From a virus (lineage: Duplodnaviria; Caudoviricetes), in the IMG/VR virus record IMGVR_UViG_2840619991_000006, positions 32,001-96,000 of that record: a stretch of 64,000 bases of DNA; one strand, 5' to 3'. Below the pieces are notes generated by a model, which saw only the letters and a list, made by a program, of their open reading frames with translations, did not search any database and was not told where the DNA came from. Shown here piece after piece: positions 48,797 to 61,475 of the stretch (position 1 is the stretch's first letter; the number at the start of each line of letters is the position of its first letter). Made by a program: the position numbers and the translations under genes.

Positions 48797-51700
48797 CAGC
48801 CTTGCCTTCCGTTGACCTTCCGGGCGGTGTCTTCGGTGGCGTCAGCCACGCGGACGAGCAGCCTCGCCATCTCCTGCGCGATGGCGGCCCGCTGCTCCTG
48901 GTCCATGCCCTCGTTGCGCTCCAGCCGGCGCTCCAACCGCTCGATGGCCTGCCGAAGCAGGCGAAGCTCGACGACGGCACGGTCGTCGCCACCCGACCGG
49001 CCCGGCGCCGGGGCGTAGTCCTGCCGGCGGATCGGCGCGATGTTCGACGCCCAGCGGTCGTTGGCCGGCGGCTCCACGCCGGTCGGGTAGACGTAGCCCG
49101 CCGCCCCGAAGGTCACCTTCTCCGGCCCGAACTCGCCCACGATGTAGCTGCGCCCGGCCTCGACAGGACCGCCCGCCGCACGGACCCCGACACCGCCAAG
49201 CCGCTCCGCGGTCGTGGCCGTGTTCCAGACCACCTTTTGACCATCGGCGTTGCCGGCATAAATCAGCAGGCCGATCGCGTTGAGCTGGGCCAAGTTGTTG
49301 TTGATGCCCGCATTGATGCTGGTGAGGATGCCGGACAGCTTGTCGTCGATGCTGCGGCTGATCTGCACCGTCTCGGTGGTCTCCACCGTCTGCGTCACCG
49401 TCCGCGTGATCGTGCCTCCGGGCACCAAAACGGCCCCGGTTGCCGGGTCGATCTGCTGACCAATCACGCGCTGCACCGATCCGGGCAGGATGATCGCGGC
49501 TTGCTCAGCGGGGTCAGGCTGCGACCGAGCGACTGTTCGACGCTGCGGATCACGCTGCCACCGACAATGATGCCGTCCAGCTCCGCGGCAGTGAGGTCGC
49601 GCCCCATTGCCTGTTCGATGATGCGCAGGATCTCGCCACCCGGAACCATCGCGGCGCGCTCCGCGGCGGTCAGATCACGCCCCATCTCCTGCTCAATCGA
49701 CCGCTCCACCACCCCGGCGGTGACGAGGCTGACAAGCTCAGCATCGGTCAGGAAGCGGCCCATGCGCTCCTCGACCGTCCGCAGCACCGTCGCGGTTTGC
49801 GTCAGCTTGGCCTTGTCGGCATCGGACAGCGCCGAAAGCTGCTCGGTGATGACCCGAACCGTGGTGAGTTCGACCTGGACGTTGACGGAGCCGCCGAGCT
49901 TCCGAAGCTCCTCCAACATCTGCTGGTCATAGCTCTTGGTGGCCGGCAGGTTTTCCAGGCTGGACATCACCCACGCCCGCATCGCCTGCGTCTCGGCGCC
50001 CGAGGCCGTCAAAGCCTCCTGCGACGACAGCAGCCGGTCAGCGGCACCTGTCAGGCGACCATAGGCGTCCACGTCGCCGCCGCGGGCGAGCGCCAGGTCA
50101 CGGGCGAATTGCGCCTGCGCCGCGTCCCGCGCATCCTGAGGGGAAACGCTGGTGCCGGCGGTGGCGTTCTTCTGGTCCAGCCAGGAGCGCACGCTGCCGC
50201 CCGCGGCGACCTGCGCCTTTCTCTGTTCGGCAAGCGCGGCTTCGGCGGCGGACTGCTTCTCTATGGCCTGGACTTCAAGCAGGCGCGCCCGCACCGTCGC
50301 GTCCGTTACCGCTGCCAACTCCTTGCTGTGTTTCAGATCGAGCTGATACCGGTCGTATTCCTCCTGTGAAAGCTGCCCCAGCGAAACTTGAGCGGCCTTG
50401 TACCGCTGATCGAGGTCGCCCATCGCAGCGGCCATCGCGATGTCGCGGAAGTAATTCGCCCAACTGACCATCACATCATCGACGCCGCGGAAGGTGGCCA
50501 TCACATCGTTCAACTGGTCGACACTGAGCCCGCTAAGCGTCTGGCTGACACGGGCGGCGTAGAGGTCGTTGGGATTCCGGCCAGCCGCCAGCATGTCCGT
50601 GGCGTTCTTGTTCCACCATTCCCGGACCCCGGCGAGTTCGTCGATGTAGCTGCGGCCCTGCGCCGACCGCAGGTTGGTGTCGAAGACCTTGGCCGTCTCC
50701 TCGTTCAGCCGCTTCAGCGCATTCTTCAGGCCCTCGCCGAGCTTCTGGGTCAGCAGGTCGCCCTGGTAGCCCACCGCCTCCATGGCCCGCACGAGGTCGG
50801 TGGAGGCGGTGGACCAGTAGCCGGTGAGCTGCGCCACCTGCTTCTGGTAATCGGTGCTGGTGTCCGTGACCCCGGCGATTTCCGCGTCGATACGGGCCTT
50901 GGCGGCGACCAGGGCCAGCATCCGCTTTTCAGCGGCTTCCAGGGCCGCCGGCACCTGCATGCCAGCGGAGGACATCGCCGCCATCGACTTCACCATGTCG
51001 TCGGCGAGGGCCTGGAAGTCCTTCCCGACCGCCGAGAAGGTGCCATCGGCAAGGCTCTGGACGACGCCCATCACCTCGCCGTACCGCTCGACGCTCAGTC
51101 CGTGCTCGCCGAGCGCCGAATTGAACAGGCGCTCGGTCGCCTCGCGCTTCTCGGTGGCCGGGGTGATGCCGAGCGAGCGAGCGTAGGCGTTGGACTTCTC
51201 CAGCGCCTGCCGCAGCACGTCGGGAATCGCCACGCCCGCAGCGGCAAGGGACTGCACGGCGGCGTCCAGGTCCTCCGTCAGTGCCCCAACCTTGGCGGCA
51301 CCCCAACCACGCACGGCGTTCAGGTAGGCGTCAGAGTGCCTACCGGCGATCTGTTCGACGGTGTACCCGGTGGTCCCAGCTTCAAGCCCGCCCACCATGC
51401 GGTCGCCGACCACGCCGTTCGGGTCGGCCTTGATGGCGTCGAGCAGCTTGGTCAGCACAGCATCGGCCGCCGCGAAATCACCACCGGTCGGCGACATGCC
51501 AGGGTTCCCCGGCCCAGCCACCGCCGGGGCATCACCAGGACCGAACACCGAGGCGATTCCTTTTCCCATGGCCTCGGCAAAACCACGGATGCCGCCGATG
51601 GCGGCGGTCCCGGTGATGCCGACCATGCCGCCGAGAATGCCAGCCTCCTTCGCATCCAGCCCAAGGGCGGTGGCGACTGTGCGGCCCAGGTCGCTGATGG

Positions 51701-54700
51701 CTGACGAGATCGTGCTGACGAAGCCACCAATGCCGCCGCTGTTCTCGGACGCCGTGAAGCCGCCGTCGCGGTCGGTGTGTCCGCCGTAGCCGTCCGAGTT
51801 GCCGCCCATGCCGCCGACGCCACCGGACCCGGTGTCCGACGATCCGCCGGTCTCCCCTTCGAGGAACATGGGGAGGCCGGTCACCGGGTTGATGCGCCCG
51901 CCGCCCAGCGTCTTGTGCATCCACGCCAGTTCGTCCGGCCGGACGTGGACCAGCTCCGTGTCGCGACCCTGTCCCAGCCCGGCCAGCATCTGCGCCGATT
52001 CACGCGCGGTCCAGATCCGCTCGCCGCCGGCCAGCTTGACCAGCTCCGGCCCTTCCTCGCCGACCACGGCCCACCCGGACTTGGCCGAGGGCGTGCCGGA
52101 GGCGTAGCCGGGCAGCCCGGCCAGCAGCTTGTCGAGAGCGGCGTTGCCGGTCTTGCTGCCGGCCTTGGCGGTCAGTGCCGCCACGTCGTAGGTCGCCGCA
52201 GCCCCGTCGAGGAACTGGAGCACCGTCTTCCCGAAGGCGTTCGCCGCTGCGGTCCCCTGCTGGGTGGCGGCGACGATGGACGACATGCCGCTGTTCCAAA
52301 GCGCCACGGTGTCGCGGAACTTCGCCGCAAAGTCGATGGCCTTGACCGCGGCGTCGATGTCGTCACCGACCGCGTTCGCCAGGACCCACGCAATGTCGCC
52401 GTTATCCGATTTCAGGGTGCGCAGGGCCTGGAGCATGGCCTGCTCCGGGCTGGCGTTCCGCTCGCCGACCACGATGGTGGAGAGGTCTCCGGCGACAAGG
52501 CCGTAGGTGTCCATCAGGCTGTTGAGCTTGGTCGCGATCTGCTCGACGGCGCTGTTCCATTTCGTGGGGTCGCCGTCGTTGTCGGCTGCAAAATGGCCGC
52601 GGGTAAATCGCCCACCCTGGACCGACAGGTTGGTGACGCTGTAAGGGTCCCCACGACTGTTGCCGCTGCTGAACGCCGAGATGAGGGTGCCGCCGAGGGC
52701 AACCAGCCCACCGACGACTTGCAGCCCCGGAATCATCATCATGACGCCGCCGGCAGTCTGCGCCGCGCCGCCGATGGTCTGGCCGGCGTTTTGCGCCTTG
52801 CTCATCTGCATCACACCGCCGGCCGCTGTCGCTGCGCCACCGATGGCGTTGCCCCAGCTGACGCCTTGCATTCCAGCCCCGCCGCCAACGGCGGTGCCGG
52901 AACTGTCAAAGGCACCGGTCGTGTCGAACCCAGCAGTGCCGTCGTCGATACCCTTGAAGCTATTTTGCGTGCTCCCGGCACCTCCATAAGCCGTGCTGTT
53001 CAGCCAGGACTTGACGCCGCTCAAGCTGGTGTTGGCGAAGCTGCCGCCGGACAGCCCGTTCCACACGCTGCCCAGCGCCGAAGATATACCCTGCGGCCCG
53101 CCCGCAGAGATGACGCTGCCTCCGACCGACACGGTTCCGGCTCCGGTGATCCCGCCCAACAGGGACATGATTCCGCCGAGGGCCGCCTGCGTGCCGCCGA
53201 CCATGCCCGCCGCCGCGGTCTGCTGGGCCTCCGCAAGCCGCTGGGTCGCCCTCACCGCTTGGTCGCGCGACTTGGCCTCCGCCTCCAGAGTTTCCTGGTG
53301 GTGGCCCATCCCAGCCGACAAGGCGTCCTGCTTGTCGGTGGCCTCAACCGTGGCCCTCTGGGTGCCAAGCGCGGCGTCGATCAGCTTCCGCTGCTCGCCA
53401 GTGAACACCGACGCAGCCGAAGCGGCCTGGGTCTGGGCACCCGCGAGGGCCGCCGTCGATGTGGCGGCTTGATCGTACGCCGCCTTGTTGGCCAGCACAG
53501 CCTTGACGTAAGCTGACCCATCGGCTTTGACATGCCCGCTGTACGCGGACAAGGCAGCGGCGAGGTCCCCGCCGGCTTGGTCCAGCTTCTCGCGGAGGAT
53601 CTTGGTCCCGGCCTCAATGTTCTGCGCCGGATCATATGGATTGGTGATGCCATAGGCTCGCCAGTTGGCGGGCATGACCTGCATCAGACCCGCAGCGCCG
53701 GACCCGTTCAATGCGTTCGGGTTCCAGGTCGATTCCTTCTGGATCACCGCCTTGATGAGGTTGGCATCCACCCCGTAATTGCTGCTCGCCGCCTGGATGA
53801 CGCTCTCCAGGTCCCCGGCGTCCTTTACCGCCACGGGCACCGGCCCGGAAGTAGCCTGCGTCGCCATGCTGTTGAGGTCTAGGGCGGCGCCTCCAGCGGA
53901 TGCGAAGCGAACCCACATCGGGTTGCCCTGCGATCCGATGGCTCCGGTCCTGCCGCTGGTCAGCCCTTCGAACAACGAACGATAGCCGCCGGGGTCGTTG
54001 TCGTTGACGGGCTGCACGAGGTTGTCGTTGGCCGGAGCCGGGGCCAGCACCTTGGTCATGGTACCGGTCAGCCAGTTCTCCAGCGGCTTGGTTACCGTCG
54101 CGCGCAGGAAGATGCGCTCGATGTCGGACTGAAGCCCCTTCAGAATGTCGCTCAGCTTGCCGCCTGCGAGCACGGCGTCCTCGAAGCCCTTGCCGATCAC
54201 ATTGGCGAAGTCGCGGGACGCCTCCGTGGCATCAGCGACACGGGACCGGTACTCGGCAACGGCGCCAGCCTGGGCAATCCAGGCGTCACGGGTTTCCCGC
54301 GGCACCTGCGCCCAATCCCCGGAGGACTGCACTTCCAGTTGGGCGCGCATGATGGCGACGGAGCGCTCCCGCTCCGCGTTGCTCATGCCGAGCATGTCGT
54401 ACTCGGCGCGGGCGAGCGCGAGATCCTGATTGCCCTGGCGTATGGAAGAATTCACACGCGCGGCTGCATTCTGCGCTTCGAGCGCGCGGGTGCCGGCTTC
54501 AATGGCCTGGGCGCGGGCGGAATCGAGGTCAACACCCTCTTTCAGGATCTGCGCACGGACCTTGTTCTGGATGTTGGCCTCTGCGACGGCCGCACCGGAT
54601 TCCGCTTCTGCCTGGGCCAGACGCCGGGCGGCGTCGGTCTGGTTGCGCAGATCGAAATCGGCCTGGGCGGCGTTAACCCGCCGTTGAGCGTCATCAAGAA

Positions 54701-57700
54701 CCCGAAGACGCGCAACGATGGCGTCGTACTGCTCGATGGTGCCACGCGCCACCTCGGCCAGGGCCTTCTGGTGGATGGTCGCCTCGCGGACCGCGGCGGA
54801 CGATGCGCCGTAGGCACGGGCCACCAGTTCCGCCCCAGCAACCTCCGCCGCAGCCGTGCGGTTGGTATCGTCCACGGCGACCTTGAGTTGGAGTAGGGCT
54901 TCCTTTCGGCGGATGTCCTGGAGTTCTTCGGCTTGCTTACCTTTCAGATTCCTGTCCCGGATCTCGTCCTCGGCCCTCATCGCAGCAGCGGCAAGCTGAC
55001 GCTGAACAGCGTTGCCCTGCATGGACTGAGACAGGCGGTCATAGGCATGTGCCTGTTCATTCACATAGTCGACAGCCTTTTGGCTCACCGTGTCAGCAGG
55101 TAGGTCGTTTGCAGCGCGGTGAGCAGGGACTCCTGGTTTCGCCGCAGCGGATACGGTTTGGAGGATGCTTTTCCGTGCAGATGACAGCCGCCCCTCGACG
55201 TCTTTGATCTGCCGATCAAGATCAGAGCCGTCCGTGGCGCCAAAGAGATCCCAAATCGAGAAAATCCCGATGTAGGCTTTACCGCTCGCCTTTGCAGCGT
55301 CCCGAGCATCTCGGCGGCGGTACAGCTCATCCAGATCCCTTTGGAGGCTCGCAACTTGCTGATGCGGCGTGGAACTCACAGCATTTGCCATGCGCACGAC
55401 GGCACCAGACAGGCCGGAAATCGCATCCATTACCGGCTTTGAGTTTGCCACCGCATCAATGAAGGCGTTCCACCCGACGCCGAGTTGATGCATCGCAGCG
55501 CCGGCTGGTGACATGCTGTCGTTACGCAGACCGTCGAATCGGCGATGCAGTGCACCGATGGCGACCATCAGGGCATCCGACTGCTGGCCATGCTCCGCCA
55601 TGGTGCGGATGGACTTCACCTCTTCGGCAGTCAGGAACCCGATCGCCTCCTGAAGCTTCATGATTGCCGGATAGCCTTCGCTGGTGAGCGCGGTGAGTTG
55701 CTTCACCGTCTCGTCCACCGATTGGTTGAGGCCCACGGCCATGTCGGAACCTAGCAGAGCCAGTTCCCGGCCCATGCCCGCAGATACCCCCCGCGTGGAC
55801 CCGAGCACCTTCGCCACAGCATAGGACTCCGACCGCCCGACTCCGCTCTCATACAGCGCATTGGCGACATCACGGAGGTTCCCGGCCGTGGCTTGCGCCT
55901 CGGTGCCATAGGCCCGCATGGTGGCCGTCAGCTCACGGGTTTGCGTATTGATTTCGACGGCGCGCGCGGCGACCAACGCCATAACACCAACGAATGCGGT
56001 GGAACCCATCACAGCAAGCGTGATCGGTGAAGCTAGCAGCGCCATGGCCCGATTAAGCCCGCCGACCGCCATCACCGCCTGTGGCCCCTGCTGGGCAATC
56101 GCCATGAACGGCGATTGGCCGGAAACCAGTTGCACGCCGAGATCCTGGATCTGGTAGGACAGGTTGGTCACCTCGTGCGCGGCCAGCTTCGTGGAGCGCG
56201 CGGCGGTGTCGGTGGCGCCGGATTGCTCGCGCAGAGTCTGGGACAGCGCGGCGTGCCGCTCGGGGCTGATGCGCTGCTCTGTCAGGGCCTTGTCGAGCAA
56301 CGCTTGATCGGCGGCGGCTTGGCGCGCTGTCGCTCCAACCTTGTCGAGGCGATCCTCAAGCGTCTGCAGCGCCACGGCTTGCCGTTGCGCCGCGAGCGCG
56401 GGCGGAGACAGGGTGGCGGCAAGAGCCGCTTCGTCGGCGGCCAGTTCCTCAGCCGATCGGCCAGTTGCCGCTGCACCAGCGCGCAGTGTGGCCAGTGCTG
56501 AATCGTATCGTTGCTGGGCCGCTACCGCGGGGTCGATGCTGGCCATCACCGATTTGTAGGAGGCGGTGAGCCGGTCGTTCTCCACAGCCGCCCGTTCGGC
56601 AGCCTGCGCCTGCTGCCGTGCCGCTTCTTCCTCTCCGGAGATCCGGCGGCGGAGACGCTGATACTCGGCGTCGTCGTCGATGATGTTCTTCTGGCGGAGA
56701 AGGCTCAGTTTTTCGAGAGCTTCGTCTCGCCGGTCGAGCGCAAGGGTTTCCCAGTCATAGGATGCCAGCAGCTTCTGACGAACGGCGAGAAGGCGCTCAA
56801 TCTCCTCCGGATCTTCAGACGGAGGGCTGGGCGGCGGCGGTGATGGCGGTGCCGAGATGTAGGAGGAGGCGAGGCCCGCATTGGAAACTGGGGCGTATCC
56901 ATTCGGTATCTGGAGCGCCATCTGCTCCTTAAGAGACGTGGTGGTGGCATCGATTGCGGCGGTTTTCTTTTTCTCCCGCTCGACGACCTGACCAGCCAAA
57001 TCGTTAAGGCGCTTCTCGCACGCCTCCGTGGCCACCAGCATCGCGTTGTGCTGCTGCTCGGTTGCCAGCAGCCGATTCAGCGAGCCATCAAGTTCGGTGG
57101 TGGTGCGCTTCAGTTGCTCATCGGCCCGCACGAGGTCCGCCGCGACCCGGTTCTCCTGCTTTTTGATGGTGATGAGCTGGTTCGAACGAGCCTCCATGTC
57201 GGCGATGATGCCGACGCTCGCGCTCTTCGCGGCGGCGACGCTGTCCGTTGCGGCCTTCTTGGCAATCTCAAGGGCCTTCTCGGCGGCGTCGCGTTCTTGC
57301 GCGGCAATCTCGGTTTTCGCGCCCTTGTGCAGCTCTTTGATCCGCTCCCACTCCGCCTGGGCGCCGGCGATGCGCTTCTGCGCTTCCTCCTTGACCAGCG
57401 CGAGCTGTTGGTCGAGGTGCGCCCGTGCGTACGCGAGCATTTCCTTCTGGGCTGCGCGGGCAGCCGTCACCGCTCCCTTTCCACCGGCATCCATGATACG
57501 CGCCATGTCGGTGGAGAGGCGGTTGATGTCGGCAACGATGTCGCCTGCAAACTTCGTCTTTCCGATCTGCTGGAGCCCGGCAACGACATCCTTCGCGGCG
57601 CTCCGCACGATGTCGAAGCGGAAGTTCAGCTCTTCGACCGCACGGGACTGCGCCCTGAAGGCATCGTCCGCAGCCTTCACCTGTGCTTCCATCACTCTCA

Positions 57701-57881
57701 TCTGGCGCTGGAAGATCTCCGCCGCCGAAGCGCCTTTCCCGAGAGTCGCGCTGTAGCGGTCCATGGCCGACATGCTGCTGTTGGCGGACCGGTCGATGTC
57801 CTCCAGCGAGCGGCGGACGACGCGGGCACCTTGTTCAACACCGGACGGATCAACAGCAACGGAGAGGACTGCATCGACCAT
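48796..57881 (-). CDS. Tape measure protein with SLT transglycosylase domain (frameshift at G4 run 49510-49513)
   Basis: NLSYQIQDLGVQLVSGQSPFMAIAQQGPQ (TMP_2 type); VIQKESTWNPNA...AGLMQVMP...YDPAQNIEAG; about 3028 aa when joined. Confidence 0.92.
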
Positions 57882-58086
57882 GACGGAACTCCAATGCGGG
57901 AATGACCGCCTCTGATCTGGGCGGACTCATGATGGGAATAGGAGTGAGTACAGATGCACTCGGCATCGTCCCGCGCGAATTGCTTGAACTCGCGCTAGCC
58001 GTCGATACCTAAGAGTTAGCACGCGATGTCATCGATGTTCGGGGCATCCATTCGAAGCGCCGAGCGTGTAGGCGGAGAGTAAGAAA

Positions 58087-58314
58087 ATGATGAATGTTAA
58101 CGTTGGCCCAGCTGAGCCAGTAACGCCGGATACCCTGAAGGCGAAGCGTACCGCTCTTGGATGGTCGCCTGATGACTTGGCGAAGGCTGCCGGCATTCCG
58201 GAAAAGGCTGTTCGCGACTTCGAAGCTGGTGTTTCGGTGAAACTTGATGTGATTGCGAAGGCATCCAGTGCCCTGCACCGCGAAGAACTGGCGCGGGCTA
58301 AACCTAAGCCGTAA
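58087..58314 (+). CDS. Xre HTH protein (moron, antisense to tail operon)
   Basis: LKAKRTALGWSPDDLAKAAGIPEKAVRDFEAG. Confidence 0.8.
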   Translation: MMNVNVGPAEPVTPDTLKAKRTALGWSPDDLAKAAGIPEKAVRDFEAGVSVKLDVIAKASSALHREELARAKPKP

Positions 58315-58347
58315 GCACGAACAAGGGAAAACGAGCGGAGCGTTGCA

Positions 58348-58692
58348 TTACGTCGCTCCGCTCGCCTGCTCTCCACCCTTCGGCTTCAGGAACTCCATGT
58401 CCATCGTGTGGATGAGGTCCCAGAAGTCGTCCAGATCATCGGGATCATCGATCCCGCACTGTTCCCGCCCGTACTGCGCGACGGCCGTCCACGGGATCTG
58501 TCCCGGTGCCATGCCGACGCCCCGGCAGGTGGTGAGCCGCCAGAAGGCGGCCCACACCCAATCGAGGGATTGATCGTTCTCCGGCTCCCCGTCCAAGGCG
58601 TGCGGGTCGAGGCCGGAGGCGACCAGCCCCTCAAGGAAGTCCCGTTTGGGCTCCCAATCGAGGGTCCACCTCAGGCGGTCACGGAGTTTCCC
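58348..58692 (-). CDS. Tail assembly chaperone, gpT-like frameshift extension
   Basis: -1 frame after the slippery site; WAAFWRLTTCR...GQIPWTAVAQY. Confidence 0.8.
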   Translation of the reverse strand, partial: GKLRDRLRWTLDWEPKRDFLEGLVASGLDPHALDGEPENDQSLDWVWAAFWRLTTCRGVGMAPGQIPWTAVAQYGREQCGIDDPDDLDDFWDLIHTMDMEFLKPKGGEQASGAT

Positions 58693-59159
58693 GACTGGTC
58701 CTCCACGACCTTCTTGCGGAAGTTGCCCATTTCGGCCGCTTCCTTGTAGAAGTCGTTGAAGCTGTCCGGCTGGAGCGTGAACAGGGCGACGGCGTTCTCG
58801 ACGCTGAACGGCGCCTCGGCGTTGGGGTCGGTGCCTTCGGGAACGGTCTCGTAGATATCGGCCATGACGACACCATCCCACTTCGGGAGCAGCAGCTTTT
58901 CCGCGGCGGCCTGGATCAGCAGCTTCTGGAAGAGGTCCTGCTGCTGCTGGGCCAGCGCCTCGTCGTTCGCGCCGACCTTGGCGTTCAGGAGGCGCTCATG
59001 CGGCTTGCGGAGGACCGTCATGCGGGCCTGGAAAGCGGTGTTGGAGCCGCCGGCGCGCTTGGACCAGAAGATCCAGTTGCCGATCTCGATGCGGATGCCG
59101 GTGGCGGACTCCAGGTCACGGTCGGTGCGGTAGAATTCACGGTTGGTCAGAACGGTCAT
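58671..59159 (-). CDS. Tail assembly chaperone, gpG-like
   Basis: KRAGGSN, WDGV, FSVENAVAL; between tube and tape measure. Confidence 0.8.
   Translation of the reverse strand: MTVLTNREFYRTDRDLESATGIRIEIGNWIFWSKRAGGSNTAFQARMTVLRKPHERLLNAKVGANDEALAQQQQDLFQKLLIQAAAEKLLLPKWDGVVMADIYETVPEGTDPNAEAPFSVENAVALFTLQPDSFNDFYKEAAEMGNFRKKVVEDQSGNSVTA
58686..58692 (-). other. Programmed -1 frameshift site G GGA AAC
   Basis: XXXYYYZ heptamer in the correct phase near the end of gpG. Confidence 0.85.
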
Positions 59160-59323
59160 GATCTCAGCTTTCCAATGTCGGTTGGATGGGATGGGGAAGG
59201 GCGGTGCCGACACACCGCCCCGTGACGCTCGCGATGGGCGAGCGCCGTCACCCCGCCGGCCAGGGGCAGGCAGGTTTCCCGGCTGTCGGGCCGGGGTCTC
59301 GGTGTTCTGTTCGTGTTGGCCGA

Positions 59324-59707
59324 TCAGCTCCGGCGGCGGGGCCGCCCGGTGCTGGTGGGGGCGGTGTCGTCGGAGACTTCCGTGGTCGGCTCCGGCTGCT
59401 CCGTCGGAGCCTCTGTGGTGATGACCTCGTCGGGCGCCGGTCCGGGAGGCACCTCCGGCTCCAGCTTGGTCCACATCTCCGGGTGGGAGATGGACAGCAG
59501 CTCGGCGTCGGCCTCGAAGGCATCGAGCTTCTGGAAACCGTCCGGAAGCCCGGCGACAACGACGCTTTCCACGTCACCACCTTCGGTCCGCCGGAAGTCA
59601 GAACGATCCGGGTCGGTCCAGATGAGGCGGAAGCCGGTGTCCTCGACGCCGTTGATGGTGATGGTCCAGGTGTGGCCCTCGGCCCGCTTGATGTGCGCGA
59701 TCTGCAT
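59324..59707 (-). CDS. Hypothetical protein in tail operon
   Basis: Codon bias and coupling to tube gene. Confidence 0.55.
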   Translation of the reverse strand: MQIAHIKRAEGHTWTITINGVEDTGFRLIWTDPDRSDFRRTEGGDVESVVVAGLPDGFQKLDAFEADAELLSISHPEMWTKLEPEVPPGPAPDEVITTEAPTEQPEPTTEVSDDTAPTSTGRPRRRS

Positions 59708-59718
59708 CGTCACCACCC

Positions 59719-60920
59719 TCACGCCGCCAGCCGGTCGATCTGGAAGGTCTTGCCGGTCACCGGGTCCGGATTGCCCTCGATCTCGAACTTCGCGACGACC
59801 GGCTGGTTGCGGCCGCCGGCCACGATCTCTGGGTTGTTCAGGAAGTTGTTCAGGATGGTCAGGACATAAGCCTGGCCGGCGCCGTCCACCTGCCGGAAGG
59901 AGAGCGGCCCCGTCGCCTCGTTCCGGTACCGGTCGTAAAGATCGAAGGTCTTGAAGAAGATTTCCGCGGTGCCGGTGGCAGAGAGGTCACCGCGGATCAT
60001 TCCCTCGGCGCCGGTCCCCCCATGCCGTAGTAGGCGGCGGCGCCTTCCTTCTGGAAGTTCAGGTTGAGCTGCCGCACCGTCGCGGCGACAACAGCGCCGT
60101 CCAGCAGCAGCCCCTGGAAGCCGGCCACGTTGTCGATGACCTGCCCGGTGGGCGCCGGCATGACGCCCCCCGTCGAGCTGTCGGCGATGGCCTTGACTTC
60201 CTGCCTGCTGAGGGCGTTGAAACTGCCCGAGGTGAACTGGCCCTGCTGCGCGTTGATGCTGCCACCGGTGAGGAAGGTTCCCGGATAGGTCAGGTAGCCG
60301 GCGCTGCCGAGCTTTTTCTGCATGAACAGCGTCTGGACGACGTTGCTGTTGCGGATCATGGAGCCCTTGATGGTGACGGCGGCGGCGGCAGGCGTCTCAT
60401 CCACCAGCGTCTTGCCGACGACGAGGAGGGTCTGGTTGTCGGGCTTCGACCAGACCTGGACGTAGAACGAGGGGCCGTTCCCGGCGGGCCCCACCGGACC
60501 GCAGCCCTTCACCTTGATCCACTGCCGGGGCTGGACGTTCTGGAACTTGTTGGCGGTGGTGCTGGTGATCTTGTTGCCGCTGGCGACGAAGGAGATGTCG
60601 CCGCTCGCCCCGGCGATGTTGAGCTGGGTGCTCCACGACGAGTTCAGCAACGCCGACCAGAGGTCGTCGTGCGTGCCGAAGGACATCGCGAAGTTCAGCG
60701 AGCCGTCCGCCGATTCCTGCGTCGTCACCGCGGCGGAGACCTGCGCGAAATCGTTGATTTCCTCGGGCCGGCGGCGGTCCTTCTTGCCCTTGAAGCCTTC
60801 GCCGGTAAAGCGGACGGCCTGGAAGGTCGTCGTCGGGGCTTGGCCCCAGACGGTTTCGAGGCCGTAGGACAGCTCGACATTGCTGGTCTCGACGGCACCC
60901 TGGTAACCACTGGTTCCCAT
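59719..60920 (-). CDS. Major tail tube protein (frameshift at C6 run 60016-60021)
   Basis: YGLETVWGQAP, RFTGEG, GTAEIFF, GGRNQPVVA; +1 base gives 400 aa. Confidence 0.85.
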
Positions 60921-61016
60921 CGGTTCACCTCATTGTGGATGTGAAAAAGCGAAGGGCCGCCCGGATGAGCGGCCCTGGTTCGGGTTCTGCGAATTGCTGG
61001 TGCTGGTTGGTTGGCC

Positions 61017-61475
61017 TCAGTAGATGGTCTGGCGCAGGAAGGTGACGGTCACTGAACCCTGGTACCAACCGCGACCGTCCGGCCCGACGTCCGTGTAGAC
61101 CATGCTGCGGAGGGCGAGCGGGCCGGGCTCCTGGAAGAAGGTTGCGAAGTCGGCAAGCACCTCGTCGCCGTAGAGGGCTGCCTGCGGCGCGCCGTCGGCT
61201 TCCGGCACGAAGATGTCGACCAGAGCAAGGCCGGAGCTGCCGACGTTCACGACACCCATCTCCAGCGGCTGGCCGCCGGCCGCCTTCCTGGAAAGGCGGA
61301 TGTAGGGCTTCAGGGCGCCGGTCTCCTGGTCCTTGCAGACCGTGTCGATGTCCAGTTTCTCGCCCCAAGGCTTCGCGATGGAAATGTCAGTATGGCGTTG
61401 CGCCCAGCCGGTCTCCAGGATGCTGAACAGCGTCTCCAGTTCGGCGGCGCTGCCGTAGTTGGTTGTCATGGTCAT
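61017..61475 (-). CDS. Tail terminator-like protein
   Basis: GLALVDIFVP, GWYQGSVTVTF; position before tube gene. Confidence 0.7.
   Translation of the reverse strand: MTMTTNYGSAAELETLFSILETGWAQRHTDISIAKPWGEKLDIDTVCKDQETGALKPYIRLSRKAAGGQPLEMGVVNVGSSGLALVDIFVPEADGAPQAALYGDEVLADFATFFQEPGPLALRSMVYTDVGPDGRGWYQGSVTVTFLRQTIY

Noticed and set aside
43364-60920. Tail genes as pseudogenes of a defective prophage
   Set aside because: All breaks are -1 in homopolymers, consistent with assembly error
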